Shown: piece by piece, positions 18,964 to 31,946 of the stretch
Layout: each line of letters opens with the position of its first letter
How positions within the stretch are numbered: position 1 is the first letter of the stretch
Source of the DNA: Massalongia carnosa
Taxonomy: Eukaryota
Direction of reading: 5' to 3'
Assembly (NCBI GenBank): GCA_965645245.1
Contig: OZ287068.1
Span: 682,001 to 746,000 of the forward strand
DNA: 64,000 bases
Program-made: the position numbers and the translations under genes
Notes under the pieces: model-generated
The model's database searches: none
Told to the model about the DNA's origin: nothing
Seen by the model: the letters and a program-made list of their open reading frames with translations, nothing else

Positions 18964-19408
18964 CTTGATAAGTATTCAATTGTTTCCAAGGATAGTATTT
19001 AATACAAGCTATCCTTGCGAGCCAAAAACCCTATGTTATGAAAGTGTAAAATCCGCGCCATTTAGCTAGACAAATAGAGCATCAAAAAGGTCAAGACATA
19101 GGGAGTACTCTGTAACTAAAATTTGTTGAATTGGGATATGAAGTTTGAAATGCGGAAGGCGCGGCCTGAAAACCCGGGCCGCGGCGTATTATTGTTCCGA
19201 GGTCTCATGATCATCACGTATAATATCTATCTTGACTAGCTGGTCACGTGGACAATAGGAACGAAACTTACGCTAGAGAAAAGTAAACAACACCAATTCT
19301 GTAGTGGATATACAAACACATTGACAATATCTGCGTGCTTTAAATACATCTTACACACTTGTGGACCGACTATAGAGTTATTTCTCTGCTTCATAAACTT
19401 GCTGTGCA

Positions 19409-22400
19409 ATGGCTGCCACCAATAGAATGGATACCTATGGGGCGCGACTCACATCTTTCAGCGCAGCAGCGCTGAAGAAGAGAGGGTCAGACACCAAGGG
19501 CACTAAAAAATTGAAATGGCCACATAAAATCCCAGCACCTGCTCATGTAAGTATGCTGCGCAGCAACAACGGGGCTACAATGCTAAATATGAATAGCTTG
19601 CTGCCGCGGGATTTTACTATCGACCAACACCCTCCAACCCGGACAATGCAACATGCTTCCTTTGCAACAACAATTTGGATGGTTGGGAGGCAGACGATAA
19701 TCCTATCTCTGAACACTTGAAACACTCCCCGAAATGCGGCTGGGCAATCAATATTGCCATTGAGCAGCAATTAAATGAGGGGAGCGCTGACCTTGAAAAC
19801 CCATTAACCGAGAGGTTGCTTGACGCGCGACGAATGACTTTTGGATCCAGTTGGCCACACGAGGGCAAAAAGGGATGGATCTGCAAGATTGAGAAGGTGG
19901 GATTTTCAGGCAAGCTTGGCCGAAAGCATTGCTAACCAGTTACCCCGTAGATGATAGAGTCGGGATGGTACTATAGCCCGAGCCTTGAGAGCGATGATTT
20001 TGTCAAGTGTTCATATTGCAACCTTGGACTTGATGGATGGGAACCAAAAGATAATCCTTAGTAAGATCCAGTTCTTTCGATTATGCTTATTTACTTATGC
20101 CTGAAAGCGATGAACATCTTCGGCGATCCCCAGAGTGCGCGTTTTTTACCTTTTCAGCGTTGCCAAAAACCAAGGCGGGTCGTCCAAGGAAGAGCAGGAC
20201 ATCGAAAGCATCGCGCATGTCTACACAATCGAGTATTACACCTGTCTCAGAAGGCACCGACTTCGCAGATATTGTTATTAATGAGGACGAAAGCATTGCA
20301 ATATCTACAGAGGAAGTCGAGAAACACTCAAAGATAGCTAAAGGAAGCAAGAAAGCTAGCAAAGTCAAGAAGCTGCCAGTAAAATCGAAGTTGAAGACTG
20401 CTTCTATGATGGCAGACGAGTCAGCTCTGGCCAGTAGCTTCATAGAGCCAGAGGACGACGATTTCAAAGTGAAAGTTCACGCACCCGCGTCAAAGAAGGG
20501 CCGGAATAAGAAGAGGTCAAGTGATGAAATGAATGAAGAAAGCGATGCACCGCAAGAAAACCCTTTTTTACCCGAAGATTCTGGGCCTCAAGCTCCGCCT
20601 CCGAAGCGGCGAGCGACAAGAACCAGAACCTGCTCCATGCAAGCTAGTTTTGAGCCTGATCCTGCTTCAAAAATAACACCTAAAATAGACACAAACTTAG
20701 AAGATACTGCAAGCATGCTACCTCCAGCTGCTCCTGCCTCCAACGGGGCGAAGAGGGGCAGAAAGAGTGGTTCGTCCACTCTGCGAAAGGCATCAGTTAC
20801 ATCAACAGCCTCAATAGCATCTTTGAGATCAGCGCTACCTGACGATAACGAGATTGATGCGGCGCTGGAGGCAGACCTTGATCGGCCTCTTACAGATGAT
20901 GAAATGGATATCGAGTACCCAGAGATTCAACAGCCAAAAACCCGTCGATTGACTCGAACGAGACCTGGCTCAAGGAACGGTGCTGCGTCTTTAGCTCGTG
21001 TGCGAAGGACCACTAGAGTAAGTACCGTTTCTAGAGAAGACGTGAATCGGGGAAAGCAGAACATTCCTCTAAAAGATGTCTATCAGAACGAACACGAACG
21101 GATAAGCAGCGGAGTGCCAAACACCTGTTCACATGCTGTATTTAATGGTATTGTATCGAAATCAGAGAGAACGAAAGAAGAGGAGTTGAAAAGCGGCTCT
21201 CCAAACCCGCCAGCCTCCACCGGCAAAGTTGTTGATGCTAAAGTAATTATTTCTGTTAAAATCCCCAAAATCCAGACAAACTTAGTCCCACCCAAGCCAA
21301 AAGGACCAAGAAGCCGGCAGCCATCTCGTCAAGTGCCCGGACGAAATGTATCAAAACCGGTGTCACCGGCTCTTGAAAATGTCGCTATTGTTATTCCATC
21401 TATAAGGAGCTCAATTCTTAGGGTCCCTATTGGTGGGGATGATTCTGGAAATGAGACTGACATTGATGTTGCTAGTCAGGTCCCTAAGAAGAGAGGGGTT
21501 AAAAAGGGAGTTACTATTACGAAGAAGAAGAAAGTAGGAAAGAAAACGGGTTTCATTGATGGGAGGGTCGAAGATATTTCTCAGCCAGAAGCTGGAGAGA
21601 CCGATTTGCACCATGGAGAGGATATTGCCATCACGATAGCGACTGATGTTGCTCCAAGCCCCAAACAAAACATTGTAGAACTAAAGTTACCGGGAGAAAA
21701 CTCAAGCTTGGAGAGAGAAAGCGCTAGGGAAACCACGCCAGCAGGAGTTCAACTGGCATTCGAAACGTCATCCCTGTCACATAACGATACGGATGGTATA
21801 GGCGTTCGATCTCCTAGCCAATCAGCTCCTCCGACTGATAATGCTAATGGCTCTTCCGATCCAACCGAATTAGTGCATGAAAGCACGCCACAACCGGTTG
21901 AGCTACTCCTGGATATTTCAAAGCAACTTCCTTCTCTAAAAACAACACCTCCACCGATAGTTTCGCCCCAGTCATCGGACGTGGAGAATCAGCCACCTTC
22001 ATCTCGTCCGTCCTCGACCCGTCCTCCGCTTTCCGTCAACTCACCATATAAGTCACAAATGACTCGGATGCCATCGGCTACCTGCACGCCCACTGCGTCC
22101 CCATCTAAGCGAAACTGCTCGAAACTGCAGAGCAGTATTCCTTGGGTGCCAGTAGAATTCGATAAATTCTTGGGGTTGTCAATGGATGGCAAGGAAAACA
22201 ACCCCTTCGCTACGGGAGGAATGATCGAAGGGTTAAAGGACAGACTGCCAAGTCCGGAGAAAATTTTGACCATGGAAGAATGGGTTCGCTTCAAGGCAAG
22301 GGCTTTAGAAGAGACGATGCGTAACGATTGTGAAAGATTAGTAGGGAAGTTTGAGGGCGAAGGTATTCAGGCTTTAAGAACGTTGGAGGGTATAGTTTGC

Positions 22401-22409
22401 GTTGATTGA
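19409..22409 (+). CDS. BIR1: Survivin-like chromosomal passenger protein with two BIR domains, 4 exons
   Basis: BIR motifs LAAAGF...CFLC...LDGWEADDNPISEHLKHSPKC and CSYCNLGLDGWEPKDNP...EHLRRSPEC; AT-hook-like GRPRK; C-terminal CERLVGKFEGEGIQALRTLEGI. Confidence 0.93.
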
Positions 22410-23062
22410 TGATCAGCTTTACATCCTCGGAGAAAAGTATGTGGATGATCTCTAGAAATACTCAAAGCGTTTGGATTCTTGGGAAGGGAGTTGTGGCTTG
22501 TTTCTTGGACAGGGACTAATAACAATCCTTTTCAACCCGAGCATAGATAAATGCATGAGTATAAGAGAGTGACTGAGTAACTGGGAGGGAGGAAGGAAAG
22601 AAAAGAACCTGCGAGAAAGAATTCAAACATCCACCAGCACCACCTTAAATACCTCCATCCAAGTTCTTCGTTTTCTCCCATCCTAACCCTAGCTAGCTAG
22701 CTAAGTAGCTCCTTTGTGAGAAAGAAACGAAGGAATAGAGGAACAAATACGGTGAATGTAATGTCAAAGGGAATATTGTAAACGGAGCCGTGCTTTAGAA
22801 TGAATTGACTTGGACAGAATCAGCGAAAAACATTTAATCACGATCCTTCCAGCGCTAAGCATGACACGATAAGATAGGAATTCCATCAACTGATAACGTT
22901 CCGTGAGAAGTGGTTGCTTGCCTGTCACAACACTAGACAGCAATTGGTCCGGAGTAAAATTATAGATACATGAATCAAGCACTCAGGGTATACCATTCAA
23001 TAACTTTCGCTATGCTCCTGAAAAACATCAAATCCTCCTCACAAAAATCGAAAACCCACCGC

Positions 23063-26000
23063 TCAGAACCCAAAACTGTCCAGCAAGCTATTCGTGTCTG
23101 GTTCCTCGAAGACTTTTTGTGGGGGTGCCTTCAATCCTCGAGGATGGTGTGGAGATCCTAGGCTGGGTAAATCATCAACTACCAAACTACTCCTACGCCT
23201 CAGCATTTTGCGTAGATCAGGCACGCTGCCATTTTTAGTATGTTCAGCAGGCTTTTCTCTTGGCTGGATGAGAAATTCCCAGCTACGCACTATTTCAAAC
23301 TGTTAGCTGGCTGATCCCGCCACCAAAGAGTTTAAAGGAATGATAGAAATAGAACTTACCTAAATCCAAAGCAAGCAGATCACAACCCATACGATCATAG
23401 AGCCTTGCATTCTGAATGACAAATTCCCATTCAGCTCGAGGTGAAATTTTCGAAGCCCCTTTTAGAGTCTGCAATGTCTTCTCTCTAAGTTGCTTATAAA
23501 GGACCACAAGCGCTGGATCATTGGCTAGGTAGGATTTTGATGACAGATTTGGTTTTTCCGGGGTAGGGAACAAAGTATAAACAGGGGACTGTTATAACTA
23601 TCAGAAAATCCTTCGACAAGCGTATTGTGTACATACGATTACAACACAAACAGCCATATCTCGTCGACCAAGCATCCAAAAGGTCCATGTGGCAAGCCAT
23701 CGATTCCCTTCAAGAGCGGCTTGCGGCAGAACTTTGTCCTCCAGGAGTGAGCGAAGCACCATACCATCGTCGCCCTCGTAGACTCGCGCAATAGCAACGG
23801 CGAGCTGGAGGTCTTGAAGCTGATGAGCGCAGACATTGACGGCATCTTGAAGATTGCCAGCTAACAAAAAGAAAGCTGCAGCGTATTCTAGTAGCTGTCA
23901 GCACGTCTTAGCGATCTACAATGAATACCCCTCACCGAAACGCCGTTTACCAAGAAGAGCATACGCGTTCTTTAACGCAGCAGTTTTCCATCTCGGCTCC
24001 ATGAAATTGTTTGACAAGAGCTTCTGGGTCGAGGATTGTTCCCTGTTCCATGCTGCCATGCGCCAAAGGCCAATCAGTACGTTCTTCTTCTTAAGCGCTA
24101 GGTAATATAGACTGCAGTCGACTGGATTTTTTTCATCTGTCTTGGTATACTCATTGCGTGCAATCACCTCAAATTGCGCTCTCTGTAGAACGTTAGCAGA
24201 GATTTGGAAGGAAGATACAGCCTACTGCACTCACCAATGCTGACAAATCTGTCATCCACATGAATATGCCGCTCTCTCTTGCATGTTTCCATAAAAATTT
24301 GCCTTGGAACTGCTTGGAAACAAGATGCACTAGTATATCTTGACTGCCGCTATGATAGGCCCAGACAATTTCCCTCCAGGTGATGCCGACTCGCCCAGCT
24401 GGCGCTTGACTTTTTCTAAGCATATGCTGCCGAAAGAAAAGTAAGTATCGCATCGCATTCTCATCCATGGAACGCCGATGCTTTTCGGCGGTAGCAACAC
24501 ATTCAACGATATCTGCAAGATGAATCTGCTCCTGGCTAGACAAATGTGGTAACGCAAGCTTCGCTAAGTTCTCATTGAGGAGTGCTGCGAGTTCTTCCGA
24601 TACAGTCTCTGGCTCGCTTTCTTCAATAAAGCTAGCATAAGAAGAATGCATCTCCTTGTATGCGCCGTTCGGTTGATCCTGTTAAGGTTAAAAGTTCCTC
24701 ATCATTTACAAACTGGATCACTTACTATCTGTTCAGTAAAGAAGTCATCGACCGGCACTGATACAAAGCTATCTAGCTCGTCTCCAGCACTAAAAAACCT
24801 GAGAGCTTTATGAAGATTGATTATAATCTTTTGGACATGGGCAAGCTTGCCAGCCAAAATGCACTGAGCCAAGAACTGTGGATGAAAAAGGGGAAGAGGA
24901 CCATTCAAATAGGTGACCAGATCGAAGATAGTCATGAGTCGATGTGTATGTACTGGTATTGAAAGGTCCGTGACAAACTCGTCAGAAGTAGTCACATTCT
25001 TGTCGTACACGTAAAGCTGATTGCCGGACCCAACGACCAAATTACCACTTCCAAGCCAGGTACTATCTCCAATGGGATGAGGAGTGGATTCTCTGATTAA
25101 AACTTGTCGTATAGGGGCCCACGCTGGACCTGTGCTGATATAGTCAAACCGCATTTGTGACAGAATCATCACCTTGTGGGGAAAGCCGACAGCAAGAATT
25201 GATTGATCGTCAGGAGTTGATGACCAATCCAGGTCCTGGACAAGATCTTGAATCCCATAACGAACATCATATTCTAATTGGCCGCTGGATGCATCCCAGA
25301 TTGTAAGACCGGTTCTGGCAGCATCAATCACTGCTGTCTTTCTAATCGAGCTCCCGCTTGCAAGGGAAGGGTCGTGGATACCCGTCTCCACACGCGAGGT
25401 AACAAGCCAATTGACGGTGGCTTTTTCAGGCTCTACGACCGCTGCCCAGCCGCAAAGCACGCCACTTCCTGTATAAGATATGGCAACGTCCTTTGCAAAG
25501 GTGTCTAAAAAGCTGGAAGCGACTGATGGAGAACCGGCCGGATCAACAGGGAGCACAAATATAAGATCCTCCTGAGCGCCGAGATCAAAGGAGCAGAACT
25601 CTGTAATAGCAGTATAAGAACGATCTCGAGATCCAGAACGACTCTTTTTATATTCTAATTGTATCTCCCAAACGATGCCTTTCATACGGGATGTAATGGT
25701 AGCCACATAAAATGAGGTCGAGACTCGGTCGGGCCTTCGTAACAATAAAAGACATAAAAGCTTTCCCTCCACTTCAAAGCAGGAAGATGCGACCTCGACT
25801 GCGACATAAGCTCTTGCATCCCAAATAGAAATACTATTATGGTGAAGATTAACAACAAAGTCTCCTTCATCGAGAAGGCATGTCCTATGAATATGCTCAT
25901 CACTGCTTATGGAGCTGTGACGAACCAAGGTCATTCCACTTTTGCAGATTTTTTGCTTCCAGAGTAATCCTTCGTTTTCATTCGTGCGAGAGAGCAGAGC

Positions 26001-27387
26001 GTTTCCGCTGCGGTTCCGCACAATTTTCTTGATAGGACTATCATGCCCAGTCCATAATGCTTTCCTCCGTAAGCGATTCTGGCGCGGAGATGGATCGAAG
26101 AGCTCATCGGCTTTGCCCTCCAGCCATTCAATCCTTCCATCGAAATGGTGAACCAACAGGTTGAAACTCGAGTCGGGTTCTTGATTACAGAAGTTAAGAA
26201 ATTGCAGGTTATGCTCGCCTGGAATCGCCGTTTTAAGGTTTGAGAGTCTGAAGCTTTCGACATGAGCAATATTGAATTTATTGGCAGGTTTCCTTGCCTT
26301 ACATCCTACATTTTCTAAGCCCCATGCAGACATATTACCGCTCCCATCTAACACCACACAGACCTCCGGCTTTCTTTTCGCAACTTCGAGCAAATGTTCC
26401 AAAGCATGATTTTCTTCGCTATTCAAGTTCGCCGCAGATTGCAATGCTCGTCCTGTAGCAAGAGTGAAGTCATGGCTGTCGATTATGAATGCATACCGCT
26501 CATTCTGCTGGCTGCCTGGCTGAAGAAGGCGAGGTTGGATGGATTCCTGCATGTCGATTTCCGCCCATAGTTGAAGAACCTGCAGCCCATGAGGATCTGT
26601 CGTAACCCATATCCTAACCTTATTATCGGTACATATCGAGTATAGCACATTGTCATAGCTTTGCTCTCGGTCGCAAGGCTTACGCCAATGCAGGCCTGTG
26701 ATTGTTCTCGGATGCGGAAGGTAGGTGAAGTCGAATCTTGTGTCATCGGCCCCAAACGATTGTCTTCGCCAAAGCTTGACCAACCGGTCATAAGAACTCG
26801 TCGACGCAATCAAGCTGGCATCAGGGGAGAAACTCGCAGATTTTGCAGGGCTGGAAAGATCTCGGCTCCATATCATCGACTGTTCCTCCCTCGTCTGAAA
26901 CAACCTTAACCTTTTTGATCCAACCAGCAATTCCTCATCTGATCCCCAGGATAGCGTGAATACTTCAGTGCCTTCATTCGGATTCTGGAAGCTGCATTGA
27001 AGGGACCACTAAATAATCGTAAATAACCCAGCACCGAAGCATTTCGGTGTCTCGAAGTCACCTTCAGCGCACCCTCATTCTTCCCATATGGTTGATAGAT
27101 GTAAACCTCCACCGAGTCACAGGTTGCTATCTTTCCGCTTACTTGATCAATCGCCACCGCGTCGAGAGCAAGGGAGCCATCGTGATATATAGTTTGGATG
27201 AGATCGTGTGGGCCGCCAAAAATGATGAGAGCGTTGCCAGATATGTATGCCTGTCAGGTGTCAGCGTTTCTGCCTTGAACAACATAAATGGCTCCCAAAT
27301 GTTGACCACAAGGCGTTGGCCCTCCCATTGCGTGGTACAGACAGCTTGAAGCTTCGCCTGGGGTTTGCCAGGTAGTACTACTCGCAT
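23063..27387 (-). CDS. RAV1: RAVE complex subunit Rav1 (V-ATPase assembly, WD40 repeats), ~8 exons
   Basis: Start MRVVLPGKPQAKLQA, WD-repeat region, and Rav1p_C motifs LPLFHPQFLAQ, WKTAALKNAYALLGKRRF, LYDRMGCDLLALDL; ends ...SLLDSFGF*. Confidence 0.93.
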
Positions 27388-27879
27388 GGAAGCGATTGTG
27401 ACTAGGTCCTTGAGCGTTGTTGAGGCCTCGCATATCAATTCTTATGATCTATTGACATTAGAAGGGCAGCCGGAAATAAAGCTAAGGGAAATTCAATGTG
27501 CAACTGAACTGGTCATTAGAAGCTCTAAATGAAGTGACGTTTACATACACCTGCTCTATTCTGCGCTTAGAGATTGTAGAACACATGATTCACTCAATAA
27601 TTCTTTGCATTAAGTCACACTAGACTACATGTGGTTAATAAGTTCCCTGGGGAAAGACGATATGTGAAAGCCTCAAAACAACCGCTCATCGTCAAAGGTT
27701 CTCGATAGTGGTAAGATGGAAATCATGAAAATATATAACTCGTTATCGTCGTATGACAAATGTTGAAACAGTCGCTAATGGGTATCATCCTAGCCCCAAA
27801 CTCCGATTTGATCCCTTATCCAATGTGTTGCCAAATACCGCTCGGCTAGTCAACCACTCCTCGGTTATCAATTCTTACC

Positions 27880-30800
27880 TTAACGCCCAGGGGTCCTTGG
27901 CTCGTCCTCCAAGATAGGTTTAAACGCCACAGATCTGCCTAGTCCACTCTGCCGTCCGGGGCGGGGTTCCGTACTGGGCCGAGATCTTAACCGACGTTGG
28001 AACGGGGTTCCGGCTGGGGTCGTTGAAACTCTAACCAAAGCCTTGGCCCTTGCTGCCCTTTTGGACGGGGTGCTCATGTAGCCGGGCAAAGGCGTGGTGC
28101 TGGACTCCAGAGGGGGGATCCACTCGTCCAAATCAAAGCCTTCATCAAAAGCGGTCCAATTTTCAGCACGATTGGCTATGTCATCTCCTTCTGTCCGGAA
28201 GCCCAAGCGCTTGGATCTTGTGGAAGTAATCCAATCGGGTTGAGGATGTCCTCGCAGGGCCGTAGTTTTTGAGTGCCAGCGTCGGAGAATATTATGAATA
28301 TGACGTCTATCGTACATGCCGCGAAGGGAATCTGCGTTTCCGGAACGGCCCTTGTGTTCAATCATCTGAAGGCGTGACTTGTGAAGCCAGCCGAAGGCGA
28401 TACTTTCTATCCGTAACTGGGCATATTGGTGAGCTCGCTCTTCAAGTTGCCGGTGGGTGCGAAGTCTTTCCAACCATCCGCCAAGATATTGATAGGCGAG
28501 TTTCCGTTGATAATGGTCATCCGCTTGGTGTTCCTGGTCTCGAGCGGATTCCCATCGAATCCTCCATGTATCGAATAGACTACTTGCGAGCTGCAGCAGG
28601 CGGCCTTCGTAGACAAGCCTTGCATCTTTATCAGATTCTAGCGCTTGACTTGTAAGACTTCGCCAGCGGATGAAAACTTCGTTAACAAGATCTATCTTCA
28701 ACTTTCGCCGGAATTGTGCATAAGCGTTGCGGCGCTTCTTCCGTCGGGACTGTGTGACGGCCGCTCGCCAACAGCTGAAAATTTTGATTGCCAGTGAGGA
28801 GAATCTTAAATTGCTTTGCCAACTTTGTATCCTCCGAATAGTAGCGAGACGAGCTTCCCAGCTCTGAAGAGCTTCGTGGGCGATGCGAGAGGCATAAAGT
28901 TCGGATGCTGTTCGTTCACTCTGGTGATGCGCTTCCAAATGGCTTCTCCACAATCCTATAGCCAGGTTCGATCGTCTTGCATTACAGGCTTGCATTAGAA
29001 TCTGATAGCGGTTGTGGCGTTCAGCCCTGATGCTAGACAAGCGATTTAAAATCTTCAACAGCATCCGTTGCTTCAATCTCCGAGCATGAAGCCTCTGGAG
29101 TAGCGCAGAGCGTTCAGCAAGTACCCACTTGTAAAGTGCCTCAAGCATAAAACGATCGCCAATCTGTTGAGCCAGAGTTTGCCACCGTAACTGATCATTC
29201 CATTCAGTCCAGGCCTTTCTCAAGGTCCGCAGCCGGTTAACCGCCTCAGCGTGGCGTTCCACCCTGTACCGGAATACAAAAGTAGCAAAAGTACTACCGG
29301 CCACTCTCCAATCCACCATGTTTGATACCTGTTGCGCCAAAGGTGAAAGCTGGCGTATTAATTTCCATTTAGTAAGCAATTGAGTAATGAGGTGCCGCTC
29401 GTTGAATGCTGCTGCTTGTTGTGAGGTGGACGTAAGAGTCCGAGTCTTGCTGATCCATTGCTCGAAAACAACCCTTTTATTTCTTTTGCTCCGGCTGGCG
29501 AAGAAATCAAGCTGATTATTTTCAAAGAGCCGTGCTCTCGTGATCCACAAGGTAAGATATCTAGCCTTCAGTTGAGCGGCTCGCCATTGGGGCGCCCGTC
29601 TTTGGCAGAATGCCCAAAACCAGCCCCAATATGCTGTCTTCAAGAGGGTTTCATCGTAACTGCTGCTGGCATTAGCTTCATGTATCTGAGTTGCAACGTA
29701 ACGCCGCTTCCAGATTGCGAGACATTTTCGTAAGCCCTGACGTCGAACCTTGAGCTCGTTCACAGCCGTGATCTCACGCCAGGCGTTGAAATACCTTAAC
29801 CTCAGAACATGTCCTCGGGTTATAGATGTACGTAAAGCCTCCTCATGGGCGCACTGCGCCCAATGCGTAAAAGCTTTGGTAATGAGAAACAAATCTCGAG
29901 CTTTAGCAGCTCGATGCTCTAGGTGACCGTAGAACCTTTCGGTTTCAGTAATTTGTCCTTTATCATGAAGTCTCCCTCGCCACTGCTCGAAGCCTTGACG
30001 CAGGAGTATGCCAGCATCGTAGTCGATAGCAACTACTTCACATTGTTTGTGGTGTTGCTCTGCTTGCAGCGCTGCGGACCGCCATTTCTTGATGATCCTA
30101 CGGGCAATGGCGTTAATCTGATAGTGCTGGAAGGTTTCTGCATCTCGGAGCAATTGAGTTTCAGATGGGCGATATAGAAGCTCACGGGGATCCAAAACAT
30201 ATGGCAGTTGAGCGCTATGAGTTATTTCAGATGTCCCATTTTCGCTCTGCTCAACACTTCCATCCACAAACGAGTCCTCCTTAAAACTGTAGGGACAAGC
30301 CTGGTTTGTATCAGTTTCAAAAATACCGTTAGAGAGCGCAATGTTTCGGTTCCCCTGATAGATATTGCTAGTGATAGACGCATTCCTTTTTTGATAATGC
30401 TGTAGGTTGCTGGCAAACTCCTGTGCCGTCAGCCGGCCCCTTTTAGGCAAGGCGGTAGAGGGCTGCACAGTTGACCATCGTTCATGCGTTTTCTCTGTAT
30501 ACCGGGTACTGGCTCTTGTCGCTGGTCGCTCCCTAGATAATAGCCTTGGGGTTTTATGGTGGTATGAGGAAGATGCTCGTGAGTGAGCTCGAGATCTATC
30601 TGCTCCAGTATTTTCGGTATCGGTTCCGTGAAAGGATGCTCGTCTAGTGTCTCCACGGCGCGCAGAAGCTCCGTTAGAATGCACGCTTGTAGCGAGATCA
30701 GTTCCGTCAACAATGAACGTCCTTGTGATATCCTGAATTCCGTCCTCGCCTTGGGAGAATTCAAGCTGTATTCCAAGCTCTTCCAGAAGTAATTCAAATC

Positions 30801-31125
30801 TCTCATAGAGCGATTGAGTCGACTGTTTTTTGTCGCCCATGCGCAGCAAGAAGCGCAAATAAACCTGATCATGATCAGGGTCCAATCCATTTTGCGCCAG
30901 TACCTGATCGTATGCAGCGAAGGTTGCGCGGTATGGTAGGGTTGCCACGTTCGGATCTTGCTCCGCGGTGGCAATGATCTGGTACAGGATTGCAACATCT
31001 GCAGCGCGAATATTAGCCACAGAGGTTTTCTGAAAGGGGTAACAAAACGCGCCTTGGTTGGTAAGTGGTGGGTAGTCTTCTGGGCTATTGTCGTTGTGAT
31101 CAGGCGGTGGGGACACTTGAGGCAT
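27880..31125 (-). CDS. SFI1: Spindle pole body half-bridge protein Sfi1 (centrin-binding repeats), probably with one 54-nt GC-AG intron
   Basis: Many Trp-anchored repeats (F..W), ARDLFLITKAFTHW, N-terminal DQVYLRFLLRMG and C-terminal PGYMSTPSKRAARAKA. Confidence 0.88.
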   Translation of the reverse strand: MPQVSPPPDHNDNSPEDYPPLTNQGAFCYPFQKTSVANIRAADVAILYQIIATAEQDPNVATLPYRATFAAYDQVLAQNGLDPDHDQVYLRFLLRMGDKKQSTQSLYERFELLLEELGIQLEFSQGEDGIQDITRTFIVDGTDLATSVHSNGASARRGDTRRASFHGTDTENTGADRSRAHSRASSSYHHKTPRLLSRERPATRASTRYTEKTHERWSTVQPSTALPKRGRLTAQEFASNLQHYQKRNASITSNIYQGNRNIALSNGIFETDTNQACPYSFKEDSFVDGSVEQSENGTSEITHSAQLPYVLDPRELLYRPSETQLLRDAETFQHYQINAIARRIIKKWRSAALQAEQHHKQCEVVAIDYDAGILLRQGFEQWRGRLHDKGQITETERFYGHLEHRAAKARDLFLITKAFTHWAQCAHEEALRTSITRGHVLRLRYFNAWREITAVNELKVRRQGLRKCLAIWKRRYVATQIHEANASSSYDETLLKTAYWGWFWAFCQRRAPQWRAAQLKARYLTLWITRARLFENNQLDFFASRSKRNKRVVFEQWISKTRTLTSTSQQAAAFNERHLITQLLTKWKLIRQLSPLAQQVSNMVDWRVAGSTFATFVFRYRVERHAEAVNRLRTLRKAWTEWNDQLRWQTLAQQIGDRFMLEALYKWVLAERSALLQRLHARRLKQRMLLKILNRLSSIRAERHNRYQILMQACNARRSNLAIGLWRSHLEAHHQSERTASELYASRIAHEALQSWEARLATIRRIQSWQSNLRFSSLAIKIFSCWRAAVTQSRRKKRRNAYAQFRRKLKIDLVNEVFIRWRSLTSQALESDKDARLVYEGRLLQLASSLFDTWRIRWESARDQEHQADDHYQRKLAYQYLGGWLERLRTHRQLEERAHQYAQLRIESIAFGWLHKSRLQMIEHKGRSGNADSLRGMYDRRHIHNILRRWHSKTTALRGHPQPDWITSTRSKRLGFRTEGDDIANRAENWTAFDEGFDLDEWIPPLESSTTPLPGYMSTPSKRAARAKALVRVSTTPAGTPFQRRLRSRPSTEPRPGRQSGLGRSVAFKPILEDEPRTPGR

Positions 31126-31449
31126 GGACAGATCCGGCGCCTACCACGCGTCTTTGTGGGAGGCATGAAGACAGAGTGGGCGTAAGTCGAGAAGCTACAC
31201 GAGAGAAGCAATGAGCACTGCCAAAACTGTCCTAGCAATGCTATGAGTAAAGACTTGGCGGTAAGAATGTGTCTGGCATGTTGATAGAAAAAGAAATGGA
31301 TGCGACTCAGGAATCGCGTCAACAATGGCTCACTAGTCGAAAAATATACACTAATGCCCTTCTGGCTTAGCGCTGTCGTTGTGAGGATTTCAATCTGCAT
31401 TCATGCTGAAAAGCTTTGATAGACCTTTTACCTAGAGCCGAATCTGGGC

Positions 31450-31759
31450 ATGCCTGGACGAAAGCGACCTATAGAGAAGTTTGCTCAGGCGGTCGCAAAG
31501 TGCTCCACCGAGGTAAATCCCCAACTCGATTGGCCTTTTCTCTACTCTATCAACTCAGAACAGAATAAGAATTGAAACGGGGATCTAGGCTTCAGTCTAT
31601 GGCAAATGCATTGTGACAGACTACAATGCTGTCTACAAGGACAAATGTCTCACCGAGTTCCTAAAGCTCAAGGAATGTTATCTTGTAAGCTACAACCCTG
31701 CTTGGGTTCGCGGTTTGAACTTAGGTGTATTGTAGAGGGCTGCTGCAAGGCAAAAATAG
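31450..31759 (+). CDS. 60-aa twin-CX9C mitochondrial protein, NDUFAF8-like complex I assembly factor, 3 exons (31450-31512, 31589-31684, 31736-31759)
   Basis: Spliced product MPGRKRPIEKFAQAVAKCSTEASVYGKCIVTDYNAVYKDKCLTEFLKLKECYLRAAARQK has two exact CX9C motifs; both introns are phase-0 GT-AG. Confidence 0.85.
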
Positions 31760-31946
31760 ATGGCCTGCAATGGAATACATCTCGAATTCCGCTAGAGGGA
31801 GGAATCACGGGGCAGGCAAAGAGAGGTCAAGTATTCAGCGATCTAAAATCACTTGCACGAACGCTATGTTCTATCAACGAAGCAGGGTCTATGACTACAA
31901 AATGAAACACCTTATTCCGCCTGACTTCAAACAGTAGTATTCATCT

